DNA of 64,000 nucleotides from Candidatus Bathyarchaeota archaeon (GTDB lineage: Archaea; Thermoproteota; Bathyarchaeia; Bathyarchaeales; Bathycorpusculaceae), in NCBI GenBank assembly GCA_963828195.1, contig CAWHDT010000005.1, positions 480,001 to 544,000 of the forward strand, given 5' to 3'. Below are positions 36,513-45,615 of the stretch, in pieces. Under the pieces are notes generated by a model, which did no database searches, was not told the DNA's origin, and saw only the letters and a list, made by a program, of their open reading frames with translations. The position numbers were made by a program, and so were the translations under genes. The stretch's first letter is position 1, and the number at the start of each line of letters is the position of its first letter.

Positions 36513-38114
36513 TTAGGGACCACCACTTATTATCTTTGAAATTCGCACGGCTAGGTCTGTAATTTGAAGAACTGATGGCAATGCCTTCTCTATCCCTTCC
36601 CATATACTTTTGAGCATACTCTTCTTCGGATTGGGCTTTTGAAGTTCTTCATTGAAACAATCGAATAACTCCGCAGCCTCTTTGTTGCCTGTCTTTTCAA
36701 TTTCTTTAGCTACTTGCAGAAGAGCCATCGCAGTATCTCTGTCGTATTTCTTTTGGATTTTGTTAAAAGATCGTTTTACTTTGGATCTATTGATTATCGT
36801 AGAGTTATTGATATTGCTAAAAATGTCTCCCGTATGCAATTCTCCTATGTTTATTGTTATTCCCGCATAGGATTTATAAGCATTAATGCGCTCGGTGTTT
36901 AAGCTGTTGTCAAACAATTCTTTGATTGTGAATTCTACAGGATTTTCAAAATGTTGGTAGCATTCATCAAAATCAGTAAGGATGGGCGGGTTATTCATTC
37001 CTGAATGCCTCGAGGCGTAATCCTTCAGCCAATCCACTGCCTCTCTCAAACTCTTTTTCGACCCCGGATTAAATGAGCAAAACGACCACATTTTTGCCAT
37101 ATTTGTTGTATACCCATCCAACTTGAGCTGCGTTTTGTCGGGATCCTCATAGTCAAAGTATGGGCTTGGGAACATTATTGCCACATTTGCGAGTAATCGG
37201 TTCTCAGGAGAGGATTCAATAATTTCGAAGTCTTCTGCGAATAGACAATACTTAGGTACATCTCGAGAGTATTGAAAGATGGATAAATTAGTTGGTAGCA
37301 GCTTAAGTGAACCTGTGAGGTTGGTAATGCAACCTCCCGTCTTCTTAATAGGCTCTATCAAAGCTCGATATTGTTCTTTATCCAATGCAACGGGGATTCC
37401 TTCATGAACAGCTCCCGTAGAAGTAGCACCCAAAAAATGAGTTTCTGCATCGTCCACCTTCTTTGAACCCAACCGCACGGAACCCACGCCTCCGAGCACC
37501 ATTTTAAGCTTTCCAAAGGGCTGGTACTCCGCCTTTTCGAAATCAAAAAATTTGTTAGCCGCAGCCCTTGACTGAATCGCCTCTTCTGTAAAATATCTTC
37601 CTGGCGAATAGGGCAACCATTCGGTTAAATGGAAGTTTTCTAGATGAACATTCATTTGCTCGAAGTGAGTGCCTTTTATTGCGTGCAACCAGAAAGTTTC
37701 GTTATTTTTATAGGTGAAGTTTTTCTTCGATGTTCTTGCTTTAAAAGGGTGCTTATAGAGAGCTAAATCAAAAAAATCAGCGAAAAGCCGGACGAAGTCA
37801 GTTTTGTTAATCTTGCTGACTGGGGCTCCTTTGAAGCCCAAGAAACTTTTTCTATCCACATCCATTTGCGGGCACTTGTTCCTTGGAGCCAATATTAGAT
37901 CTGCATATAAATTAGAGTTTCGAAAGTCGCGCGCGCTGAATAGGTTTTCCGCATGTGAAAAGTTTGTTACTTTCGATCCGCAGAAGGAAATCGCCACCGC
38001 TTCCGATTCCGTCCCAAGACCAGCAGGAATAATTAAATCACATTTGTGTCCTATAGTCTTTAGTCGGTTCAATGAAATACAAATACAGTCTAACTTATGA
38101 TTTCGTTCGGTCAC
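36513..38114 (-). CDS. Hypothetical protein of accessory island (real start probably near 37865)
   Basis: Long ORF with a globular domain (EWLP.SPGRY, GGVGSVRL, HEGIPVAL, TDFDE), an Asn/Ile-rich linker and a helical tail. Confidence 0.75.
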   Translation of the reverse strand: MTERNHKLDCICISLNRLKTIGHKCDLIIPAGLGTESEAVAISFCGSKVTNFSHAENLFSARDFRNSNLYADLILAPRNKCPQMDVDRKSFLGFKGAPVSKINKTDFVRLFADFFDLALYKHPFKARTSKKNFTYKNNETFWLHAIKGTHFEQMNVHLENFHLTEWLPYSPGRYFTEEAIQSRAAANKFFDFEKAEYQPFGKLKMVLGGVGSVRLGSKKVDDAETHFLGATSTGAVHEGIPVALDKEQYRALIEPIKKTGGCITNLTGSLKLLPTNLSIFQYSRDVPKYCLFAEDFEIIESSPENRLLANVAIMFPSPYFDYEDPDKTQLKLDGYTTNMAKMWSFCSFNPGSKKSLREAVDWLKDYASRHSGMNNPPILTDFDECYQHFENPVEFTIKELFDNSLNTERINAYKSYAGITINIGELHTGDIFSNINNSTIINRSKVKRSFNKIQKKYDRDTAMALLQVAKEIEKTGNKEAAELFDCFNEELQKPNPKKSMLKSIWEGIEKALPSVLQITDLAVRISKIISGGP

Positions 38115-38617
38115 GGCAATTAGACAATTCCTACGATCAAGGTCCTGAAGTTGGAGTCTGGCCCATAACTGCTTACCGGGTCGATTACGGCTGGGGTAAA
38201 GTTCCTGCAGAATACTGGCCTGACACTAAGGAAAACCGTGCTAAGTGGCCACCCACGGAGCCACCAGGGCTCGACTTAATAGCTAAAAAATATCGCGGAT
38301 CGAGTTACCAGCGGATCCGTTCGGTGGATGACGGTAGGTTAGCCATATTCTACAATTTAGGTTTTGGCGCGGCATTTATGATAACCAACCAGTGGCTTTG
38401 TGCTAAGCAAGGGATAATTTCAGACTTGGAACCAGTTCTTATAGGGGCTGCCCATTTTGTGGATATTGTAGGGTACAATGATCGTCTCAAGTCCCTTCGT
38501 TTTGCCAATTGTTGGGGGAAAGATTGGGGCGATAAAGGCTACGGCCAGCTCTCTTACGAATATTTCCAGAATCATTATGTCGAGGGTTGGACCAGTATTG
38601 GTTGGTTGGTTGGGTGA
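38072..38617 (+). CDS. Papain-like (C1) peptidase-fold domain lacking the catalytic-Cys segment; N-half of a probable fusion
   Basis: HFVDIVGYND..RFANCWGKDWGDKGYG is the C1A His/Asn region. No QxxCGSCW motif in the ORF. Confidence 0.7.
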   Translation: MKYKYSLTYDFVRSRQLDNSYDQGPEVGVWPITAYRVDYGWGKVPAEYWPDTKENRAKWPPTEPPGLDLIAKKYRGSSYQRIRSVDDGRLAIFYNLGFGAAFMITNQWLCAKQGIISDLEPVLIGAAHFVDIVGYNDRLKSLRFANCWGKDWGDKGYGQLSYEYFQNHYVEGWTSIGWLVG

Positions 38618-39137
38618 ACAAATACATTTAATGGAAACCAACAATCTCAAAGGGGTAGCAGTAAACAAATACTATATTGCTAGCCCTCTCAATTATCCAG
38701 TGACATTAATTGAAATAGCTGATCCCACTAAGGATGAAAGAATAGGTTGGGCTACAGCAATTCCACGTGAAGGATGGATTGATGTTGAAGAACTATTCGT
38801 TAGACCTTCATATCGAAATAATGGATATGGAAGAACCTTGTCAATTGAACTTCAGAAATTTTCCATTAAGAGAAAATTGCCTTTAAGATTATGGATACCT
38901 CACTCAGACATTGAAGGAGACCGCCGAATATTAAAAAAGGTAGTAGAAAACTTGGGATTAACTCTCAAACCATCCGGAGTTCGGTGGGCAAGTTTTAAAG
39001 CTGAACCTTATGTTTCGACAGGGACGGATACTGACCTTACGGTTCAACCCCCGCCGAGCGCCGTTAAGCCTTCTTTCCGTTGGCTATATGCATCCAATGA
39101 CCAGTTAAGAAGAACCGAGCGCAAGGACAAAAAATAA
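38478..39137 (+). CDS. GNAT acetyltransferase domain; C-half of a probable C1-GNAT fusion (coding from ~38614)
   Basis: DVEELFVRPSYRNNGYGRTL acetyl-CoA binding motif. Confidence 0.75.
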   Translation: MIVSSPFVLPIVGGKIGAIKATASSLTNISRIIMSRVGPVLVGWLGEQIHLMETNNLKGVAVNKYYIASPLNYPVTLIEIADPTKDERIGWATAIPREGWIDVEELFVRPSYRNNGYGRTLSIELQKFSIKRKLPLRLWIPHSDIEGDRRILKKVVENLGLTLKPSGVRWASFKAEPYVSTGTDTDLTVQPPPSAVKPSFRWLYASNDQLRRTERKDKK

Positions 39138-39208
39138 CTTATTCGCTTAAAGTCATAAAGACCACATTAACAAAAAAAATTGGGTGATATCTCTTGCAGG
39201 GCGTAGGA

Positions 39209-39230
39209 TCAAATCCCTCCCCGCCCGCCA
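39209..39230 (+). repeat. tRNA-Arg 3'-end remnant
   Basis: tcaaatccctccccgcccgcca is identical to 4768-4789. Confidence 0.8.
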
Positions 39231-39272
39231 ATTGCTTTTTCGGCTACTTTCCCTTTGTATAGCGCTTAGAGT

Positions 39273-39764
39273 TCATTTAATGATGGAATTGAGGTAACTA
39301 TGGTATTCTTTGACAGCGTCATCCGGAAAAGGGGTGACTACTACGATTTCTTTAACTTTGGCAAGTTCCCTGTCCAGCGAGTAGACAACGGTTGTACCTA
39401 GGCTTCTAGCAAGCGAAATCAGGTATCCGTCCCAAGATTCTACGTCATACGTCGAGGCGTAATCTAGAGCGTCTGTAGCCAGATGTGTCGAAATATGAGG
39501 ATAAAGAGCGGCTGATCCAGATGTGAGGATTCCCTCCATTATCTTCTTGGCGGTTAATCTTGGAACTCTTAAGTATCGAGTAGTTATGTGGTAAGCTCCC
39601 AGAATGGAGGAAACTGGAATTACCGCTCTCCTTTTTTCCTTTAATGCTTCTGAAAGAAAGGTTATGCTGTAATCTTTGAGAGGGTTCTCGAAACAGCAGG
39701 GAACCACAACGCCAATATCGACGACGCCTTCAGGACAAGCCAAGCTTTCTTCTCGCGTATTCAC
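39273..39764 (-). CDS. vapC: PIN-domain toxin, copy 2
   Basis: Protein identical to 3861-4352. Confidence 0.85.
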   Translation of the reverse strand: MNTREESLACPEGVVDIGVVVPCCFENPLKDYSITFLSEALKEKRRAVIPVSSILGAYHITTRYLRVPRLTAKKIMEGILTSGSAALYPHISTHLATDALDYASTYDVESWDGYLISLARSLGTTVVYSLDRELAKVKEIVVVTPFPDDAVKEYHSYLNSIIK

Positions 39765-40023
39765 GGCTCATCCACTTCCAGCTTTCTGTAGACTGTTCAG
39801 TGAAAGCTTGTGCTTTAAAATTCCTTGAAAGGTTCTCCCAATCTTGCACTTTTTTTTCTACATCTTTTTTCAGTGGTTCAAGTATGACTCGTTGGCCATC
39901 GATTCGCAGTGTTATTTGTCCCCCTTGCTTAATTCCAAAAGTTTCTCTTACTCGGGCAGGCAACACCATCCTTCCCTGTTCATCCACTTTTATGGCATTT
40001 TCCATCTTTACCACCACAAACAA
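39730..40023 (-). CDS. vapB: AbrB/MazE antitoxin, copy 2
   Basis: Identical to 4318-4611 except one residue (VDEQG vs VAEQG). Confidence 0.88.
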   Translation of the reverse strand: MFVVVKMENAIKVDEQGRMVLPARVRETFGIKQGGQITLRIDGQRVILEPLKKDVEKKVQDWENLSRNFKAQAFTEQSTESWKWMSREYARRKLGLS

Positions 40024-40156
40024 TATCTTTCCTCAGGGCTATAAACTTTTTAACTCAGCAGTAACCAATCTTGGTCTACTGCCCTATTCGTTATTCGGCT
40101 CTTAAGATTAAATTGCATTTACTTTCAAAATCATAGCCAATCAGCCTTCCAAGTGG

Positions 40157-40579
40157 CTAGAGCAGTTCGATAGGGTAGTTTTTTGCTTGGAGTTTCCTGT
40201 ACTGGGTCGCTTCGTCCGCTGTTATGCAGACGGCTTTTCTGTGTTCCGCAATGGAGACTGGCAAGGCGTCATAGAAAGTAACTTTTCCTTCATAGGCTAT
40301 TTCAGCCGTTCTTGTCAGGATAGTTTCGCTCAAATGTACAATGTTGAGGTGGAGACCTAACAAGCTGGTGAGTGCTTTTCTTAATTTTTCGGTGTCGTAA
40401 TCTGGTTTGTACCTTAAAGCGTTGGCAACTTCGGCGATCAGTATTTCTGAGCCCGTTAGTTTCAGTGAACCCTGTGTAAATGAATCCCTGAGTCTTAAGG
40501 CCTCGTCCGTCTTGATTTCTGTGCTAAACCACTTAACCACAACCGAAGAGTCAAGAACTACTTCTCGGCATCTCTCCAT
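40157..40579 (-). CDS. vapC: PIN-domain VapC toxin
   Basis: VLDSSVVVKWF..EVANAL..FYDA..ITAD motifs. Confidence 0.9.
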   Translation of the reverse strand: MERCREVVLDSSVVVKWFSTEIKTDEALRLRDSFTQGSLKLTGSEILIAEVANALRYKPDYDTEKLRKALTSLLGLHLNIVHLSETILTRTAEIAYEGKVTFYDALPVSIAEHRKAVCITADEATQYRKLQAKNYPIELL

Positions 40580-40785
40580 TTGCGTATCTCCTTAGTGCCG
40601 TCCCATTTTATCTTGCTTTCAACCCTTAGTTTGTCTATTGCTGCTGCAGCACACTGTATCTCTTCTCTACGCGCGGCTTCTTCGAAGGCTTTTCTTGCAA
40701 CTTCGCTCCAGTTGATGTTTTTGCAGTGCTGCATGCGGTCCTTCAATTCTTCAGGAATCCTTACTGTAATGTTACTCATGTACAT
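40558..40785 (-). CDS. vapB: Ribbon-helix-helix antitoxin
   Basis: ITVRIPEELK..INWSEVAR..IRKWRD pattern. Overlaps vapC. Confidence 0.88.
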   Translation of the reverse strand: MYMSNITVRIPEELKDRMQHCKNINWSEVARKAFEEAARREEIQCAAAAIDKLRVESKIKWDGTKEIRKWRDAEK

Positions 40786-40892
40786 TCACTTGAGCACATA
40801 TTTTTTGCACATACAAGAACGTACTTCTTGCCATAAATATCTTCCTCTTGTTTGCGGTAGTTTTTGTGGGCGATAGGACGGTGAAGGTTTCT

Positions 40893-41717
40893 TTAGAGTT
40901 TCTTGTAGGACAAATTAACCTCTTGCAGGGCAGAGAGCAACTTTGGTTTGTCTTGGCTTCTGATTCCCTTCCAGTCAAGAACCGCCGACGAAACCTTCTC
41001 AAAAGTTCTCTGGACGCACTGTGCTAACATTTCAGCGTCAACTAGCGAAACAGCGTATTTGGGTATCATGTGGCCGAAAACGGCTTCGCCAGCTAAAGCC
41101 ATAGACGTGAACTTCTGGTTGTAGTGGGTTCCGCCTACGCCAAGGACCGCTTCGCTGCTATAAGCTGAGAAGTTAGCGACCGCGGTCATTGCGGCGTGAG
41201 CAACGGCTTCTGCAGCTTTAGAATCACTCCACTGCGCTGGGGAGCTGCCTAACTCAACAAACATCGTTGGCAAATTCAAACTTGGACCATGATGAGTGCC
41301 CTCATATGTAACTTCATAGTTGAGGCTGAAATCTTCTTTGTAGCGTAAAAGCGCCTTTAAAGCGTCACGCATGGCTGTTGCGGGAGAAACGGAGATTGCC
41401 CGCGGCAACCCGCCCAGACCAGCATCGCCAAAGTTACCGGGGGTATGCACGGATAACGTGGGGGTTCCGCTTTGGCTGCTGTGGCGAGAAATAAAAACGA
41501 TAAGCTCAGCGTTCGGAAAATCATCTTGCAGGTACTGGGCGTTGACTGCTTCTTGGTTAAGCGTGATGAAGCTGATTTGTTTTCGGTTGATTTCTGCGGC
41601 ATAAACTGGGTTTTCTTGGTAGCTCTGCTTTGTCTTTGTGAACGGGTAGAGTTTAAGCATGTTCTCGGCTATGTTTACTCCCGCAATGTCACGGGTTGAA
41701 TGGACGAGCAGAATCAC
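40893..41717 (-). CDS. dtdA: Archaeal D-aminoacyl-tRNA deacylase
   Basis: SRH.S..LSVHTPGN, YEGTHHGP, FVELGS, GGTHY and GHMIPKY motifs. Confidence 0.93.
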   Translation of the reverse strand: MILLVHSTRDIAGVNIAENMLKLYPFTKTKQSYQENPVYAAEINRKQISFITLNQEAVNAQYLQDDFPNAELIVFISRHSSQSGTPTLSVHTPGNFGDAGLGGLPRAISVSPATAMRDALKALLRYKEDFSLNYEVTYEGTHHGPSLNLPTMFVELGSSPAQWSDSKAAEAVAHAAMTAVANFSAYSSEAVLGVGGTHYNQKFTSMALAGEAVFGHMIPKYAVSLVDAEMLAQCVQRTFEKVSSAVLDWKGIRSQDKPKLLSALQEVNLSYKKL

Positions 41718-41845
41718 TATCGCATCTCCAAGTAACCCTTGTTAGTTAACTCTAAAAACATTGTCAAACGGCTTACTGTTTTGAATGGGTTTAACGCACT
41801 CAGAAGCAGTAAAGTTAAATCGCATAATCGCTTATTAGATAAATC

Positions 41846-42004
41846 ATGACCAAAGAGAAAAAACGCCGAGTTTGCGCTAGAGTTGACAAATCAATTGTTG
41901 AAGAAATGGAGCAAATGCGTGATAAAACAGGCGTTCCAGTTAGCAAGCAAGTAGAGTTACGATTGAAGGGATTTACATTAACAAAAGCCCCAAAAAGTGA
42001 GTAA
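41846..42004 (+). CDS. 52-aa putative ribbon-helix-helix DNA-binding microprotein
   Basis: Manual translation MTKEKKRRVCARVDKSIVEEMEQMRDKTGVPVSKQVELRLKG; below the ORF-track cutoff. Confidence 0.65.
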   Translation: MTKEKKRRVCARVDKSIVEEMEQMRDKTGVPVSKQVELRLKGFTLTKAPKSE

Positions 42005-42077
42005 AATTCCCGCATAAGATTTTCCATAAAGCTTATAATTATTGGCTCGGTTCAGCCTACTTGAAGGCAAAGTAAAG

Positions 42078-42989
42078 ATGCATCTGATTAATTTCAAAGA
42101 GCTATCCAGTCAAGAGCTTACTGGTATTGTTGACTTAGGCATTGAAGTTAAGCATAACCCTAAAAAATACCACAGCGCCTTTGAGGATAAGTTGGCTGCG
42201 TTGATTTTCCAGAAAACCTCCACGCGCACAAGGGTTGCTTTTGAGGTTGCGGCTACACAGCTTGGCGGCCACGGCTTGTTTATTGATTGGCGAACCACGA
42301 ACTTCACGTTGGCGGACATTTCGGATGAGATCCGCTATTTGTCACGTAATGTTGACTGCATAATGGCGAGACTGCTGTACAACTCGGATCTAATGAAGAT
42401 GGCTAATGCCTCGCGTGTTCCAGTCATCAACGGCTGCGACGAAAAATACCATCCAAGCCAAGCCCTAGCCGATTTAATCACCGTAAAAGAGAAAAAGGGG
42501 ACGCTAAAGGGCGCTAAACTGGTCTATATCGGCGTCCACAACAACGTTTGCAACTCGCTAATAGAAGGCTGCACAAAAACGGGGGTAAACCTAACAACGG
42601 TCACGCCGATTTTCAATGAGGCGGCACGCGACGACGAGTTGCTGGCTGAAGCGAAGAAAACGGGGCTTTGGCAATCCACCTTGGACGCAAAAAAAGCCGT
42701 CAAAGACACCGACTTCGTCTATACGGACACTTGGATTGACATGGAGTTCTTCACGGACCCGAAGTTTGAATCTGAGAAGGAGAAGCGGATTAAACTTATG
42801 ATGCCTTACCAAATCAACGCTGAACTGCTCAAAGGCAGCAACGCATACATCATGCATGACATGCCCATCCACCGCGGATACGAAATAAGCGCAGAAGCGA
42901 TTGAGAACCCCAAGGCAGTGATTTACGAGCAGGCAGAAAACAGGCTTTATGCGGCTAAGGCAATTTTGTTAAAGTTGATGAGCACTTAA
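42078..42989 (+). CDS. argF: Ornithine carbamoyltransferase family
   Basis: STRTR, HPSQ and EQAENR motifs. DTWIDM and HDMP variants. Confidence 0.88.
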   Translation: MHLINFKELSSQELTGIVDLGIEVKHNPKKYHSAFEDKLAALIFQKTSTRTRVAFEVAATQLGGHGLFIDWRTTNFTLADISDEIRYLSRNVDCIMARLLYNSDLMKMANASRVPVINGCDEKYHPSQALADLITVKEKKGTLKGAKLVYIGVHNNVCNSLIEGCTKTGVNLTTVTPIFNEAARDDELLAEAKKTGLWQSTLDAKKAVKDTDFVYTDTWIDMEFFTDPKFESEKEKRIKLMMPYQINAELLKGSNAYIMHDMPIHRGYEISAEAIENPKAVIYEQAENRLYAAKAILLKLMST

Positions 42990-43325
42990 GCACTTTCTTT
43001 TCACATTTTTGTAGTAGTTTTTGCACAAATTTCCGTGTTGGCTGTACCTCATGATGGGCAACCGAGGCTGGAAAAAAAGAAGCAAAAGAAGTTAGGCACC
43101 CAAGATAAACTGTACAGTTGCCCCGAGATTACCCAATCCAAAGAGTCTCAGCAAGCCCCTTGAAATGCTGGTCGCCTGTTCAAACCTTCGAATCCATCCC
43201 TAAAACTGCCTTAATCAATTAAAGCAAGGGCAAAAAGTCAGAAGGCTCATAAGTATCTTGTAATCAAATAGCAAATTGAATCCAAGCTAAGAAAGGCTAT
43301 AGCTAATGACAGAGGAGGAAAAGGA

Positions 43326-43778
43326 TTGACTAAAGCAAGCTACAAAGATAGACTTCTTGCTAATTTAGGCTTAATAGGCGTTATCGCCTTTTTTTTCGGT
43401 GCAGAACTCATTTACACCGCCCTAAGCAACATTATTGTCTTTAATATCAACCTCAGCGATGAAGCAAGAAATCTTTACTTTTTGTCAGGTTCATTTTTCT
43501 TGTTTTTCGGTATTTATATTATTAATCATTTTAGAAGACCTAAAGAGTCAACCAGAGAGTTGACTATCATAGCTAAAATAGGTGGATTGTTGCTTTTAAC
43601 AATCAGTTTGTTTTGGCTTCTAAACTGTGTTAACGCTTTGTGGTATTTCTCATTCAAAACTGACCATTCACAAGCATCTATAATGTTGTATTCTTATCAA
43701 GACTTTTTTGGCGATGGATTTCTTCTTTTTGGACTTGGAATTTGGTTACTAATCAAAAGAAAAGAAGATTTAGCCTAA
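43326..43778 (+). CDS. Four-TM hypothetical membrane protein
   Basis: Hydrophobic helices and a GAGGAGG SD. AT-rich. Confidence 0.65.
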   Translation: MTKASYKDRLLANLGLIGVIAFFFGAELIYTALSNIIVFNINLSDEARNLYFLSGSFFLFFGIYIINHFRRPKESTRELTIIAKIGGLLLLTISLFWLLNCVNALWYFSFKTDHSQASIMLYSYQDFFGDGFLLFGLGIWLLIKRKEDLA

Positions 43779-43975
43779 GAAGAAAAACAAGCGACGGCAA
43801 AAAACTTAACCACGCTGCACATAGGCGATTTCGTTGGGGATGGTAATGTTTCTTTTTACTGTTAAGCTGTGGATACAGAGCTTTTTCTGGATTCAAACAG
43901 ATCGGTTGTTTTCCCAAAAAGCAGAATTCTTAATTACCTCGTCTTCTATGGGTTCTGGTTTGAGGTTACAATGAT

Positions 43976-45043
43976 ATGGTTAAGATTGATTTCGGTGGCG
44001 TCAAGGAAGATGTCATCACACGTAAAGAGTTCACGGTGGAGCAAGCCCAAAAAATCCTAAAAGACGAAGTTGTTGTTTCCCTTGGCTACGGCATTCAAGG
44101 CCAAGCGCAGTCGCTCAACATGCGGGACAACGGCGTGAAAGTAATCATTGGACAGGAAAAAGAAGGCGTCTTCAAAAAAGAATGGGACAAGGCAATTGCA
44201 GACGGATGGAAACCAGGCGAAAACCTCTTTCCAATGGAGGAGGCAGCCAAAAAAGGCACCATCAAAATGTACCTACTTACCGACTCAGCACAAAAAGCAG
44301 TATGGCCAAAAGTCAAAGCAACCCTCAAAAAAGGCGACGCACTCTACTTCAGCCACGGCTTTAGCATCGTTTACAAAGAACAAACAGGCGTCATCCCACC
44401 CGCAGACATCGACGTCATCCTTGTTGCACCAAAAGGCTCAGGTACATCCGTGCGCAGAAACTTTGTTGACGGCAGCGGCATAAACTGCAGCTTCGCGGTC
44501 CACCAAGATGCAACGGGCAAAGCAATGGATCGGGCAAAAGCGCTGGGCATAGCTATCGGCGCAGGGTATCTATTTCCAACTACTTTTGAAAAAGAAGTTT
44601 ACAGCGACCTTACAGGCGAACGCGGCACACTGATGGGCGCACTCGCAGGAATCCTTGAGGCACAGTACAACACTCTTCGGGCTCACGGTCACAGCCCAAG
44701 CGAAGCATTCAACGAATCAGTCGAAGAACTCACGCAGAGCCTAATCCGCTTAGTTGACGAGAACGGCATGGACTGGATGTACTGCAACTGCAGCGAAACC
44801 GCACGCATCGGCGCACTACGCTGGAGACCCCGATTCCGCGAAGCCACACAGCCAGTGTTTGATTCACTCTACGAGCTTGTCGCCGCCGGCGAAGAAACAC
44901 GCATCGTACTGGAAAAGAGCAAAGCACCCGACTACCGCCAGAAACTTGCCGACGAACTCAAAGAGATGGGCAACAGCGAAATGTGGCGTGCAGGCGCAAC
45001 CGTGCGTTCACTACGCCCCAGTAAACCAAAGAAGCCAGAATAA
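43976..45043 (+). CDS. ilvC: Ketol-acid reductoisomerase
   Basis: GYGIQG, FSHGF, VAPKGSG, SDLTGERG.LMG and EAFNE motifs. Confidence 0.96.
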   Translation: MVKIDFGGVKEDVITRKEFTVEQAQKILKDEVVVSLGYGIQGQAQSLNMRDNGVKVIIGQEKEGVFKKEWDKAIADGWKPGENLFPMEEAAKKGTIKMYLLTDSAQKAVWPKVKATLKKGDALYFSHGFSIVYKEQTGVIPPADIDVILVAPKGSGTSVRRNFVDGSGINCSFAVHQDATGKAMDRAKALGIAIGAGYLFPTTFEKEVYSDLTGERGTLMGALAGILEAQYNTLRAHGHSPSEAFNESVEELTQSLIRLVDENGMDWMYCNCSETARIGALRWRPRFREATQPVFDSLYELVAAGEETRIVLEKSKAPDYRQKLADELKEMGNSEMWRAGATVRSLRPSKPKKPE

Positions 45044-45189
45044 GCTTCTCTCTATTTCTATATTTTTGTCTCTGATTTTTAGCAGAAGCTTAGCAAACAG
45101 ACTCGGGTCTAAAAAACTAAAATAAAAAGAACCCCAAAAGTTTAGGGGCTAAAATGTAGAACCTAAGATTCTAAGGTGACAAGATTAGT

Positions 45190-45318
45190 TTAGAGCCATA
45201 ACTTAGAACGTACGCTTTTGCATGAGCAACAAACTGTGTAAATCTCTTGCTCATTTTTTATGACCAGTTCGGTCTCTGCCGTCGACTTACAATTCGGGCA
45301 GACATCATTATTCATCAT
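45190..45318 (-). CDS. 42-aa zinc-finger microprotein (CPxC...CxxC)
   Basis: Manual translation MMNNDVCPNCKSTAETELVIKNEQEIYTVCCSCKSVRSKLWL with GGAGA SD. Confidence 0.6.
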   Translation of the reverse strand: MMNNDVCPNCKSTAETELVIKNEQEIYTVCCSCKSVRSKLWL

Positions 45319-45615
45319 ATATTCATCTCCAATTTACTTTGAGGCAGGCTTACATGAACCAAAAATTTGAGTTTCAGCGTGGCTTATTGCGTTAACAGTA
45401 AGGGCACAAAACCAGTTTTTTGGGTATCTTGTTTATGCTGTCGATTACTAGTTATAACTTGCTTTGCTAAAATATATCTGTTTCCCAACTGCCTACTCTA
45501 ATTAACTTGAAATCAATGTATTTTTCAAAATATGTTTTCGGTTTCCTATACAGGGCGTAGGCTAATTTTTTATATCTGAAGCCAACGCTTTGCTAAACAA
45601 TACGGGGTCTAATCA

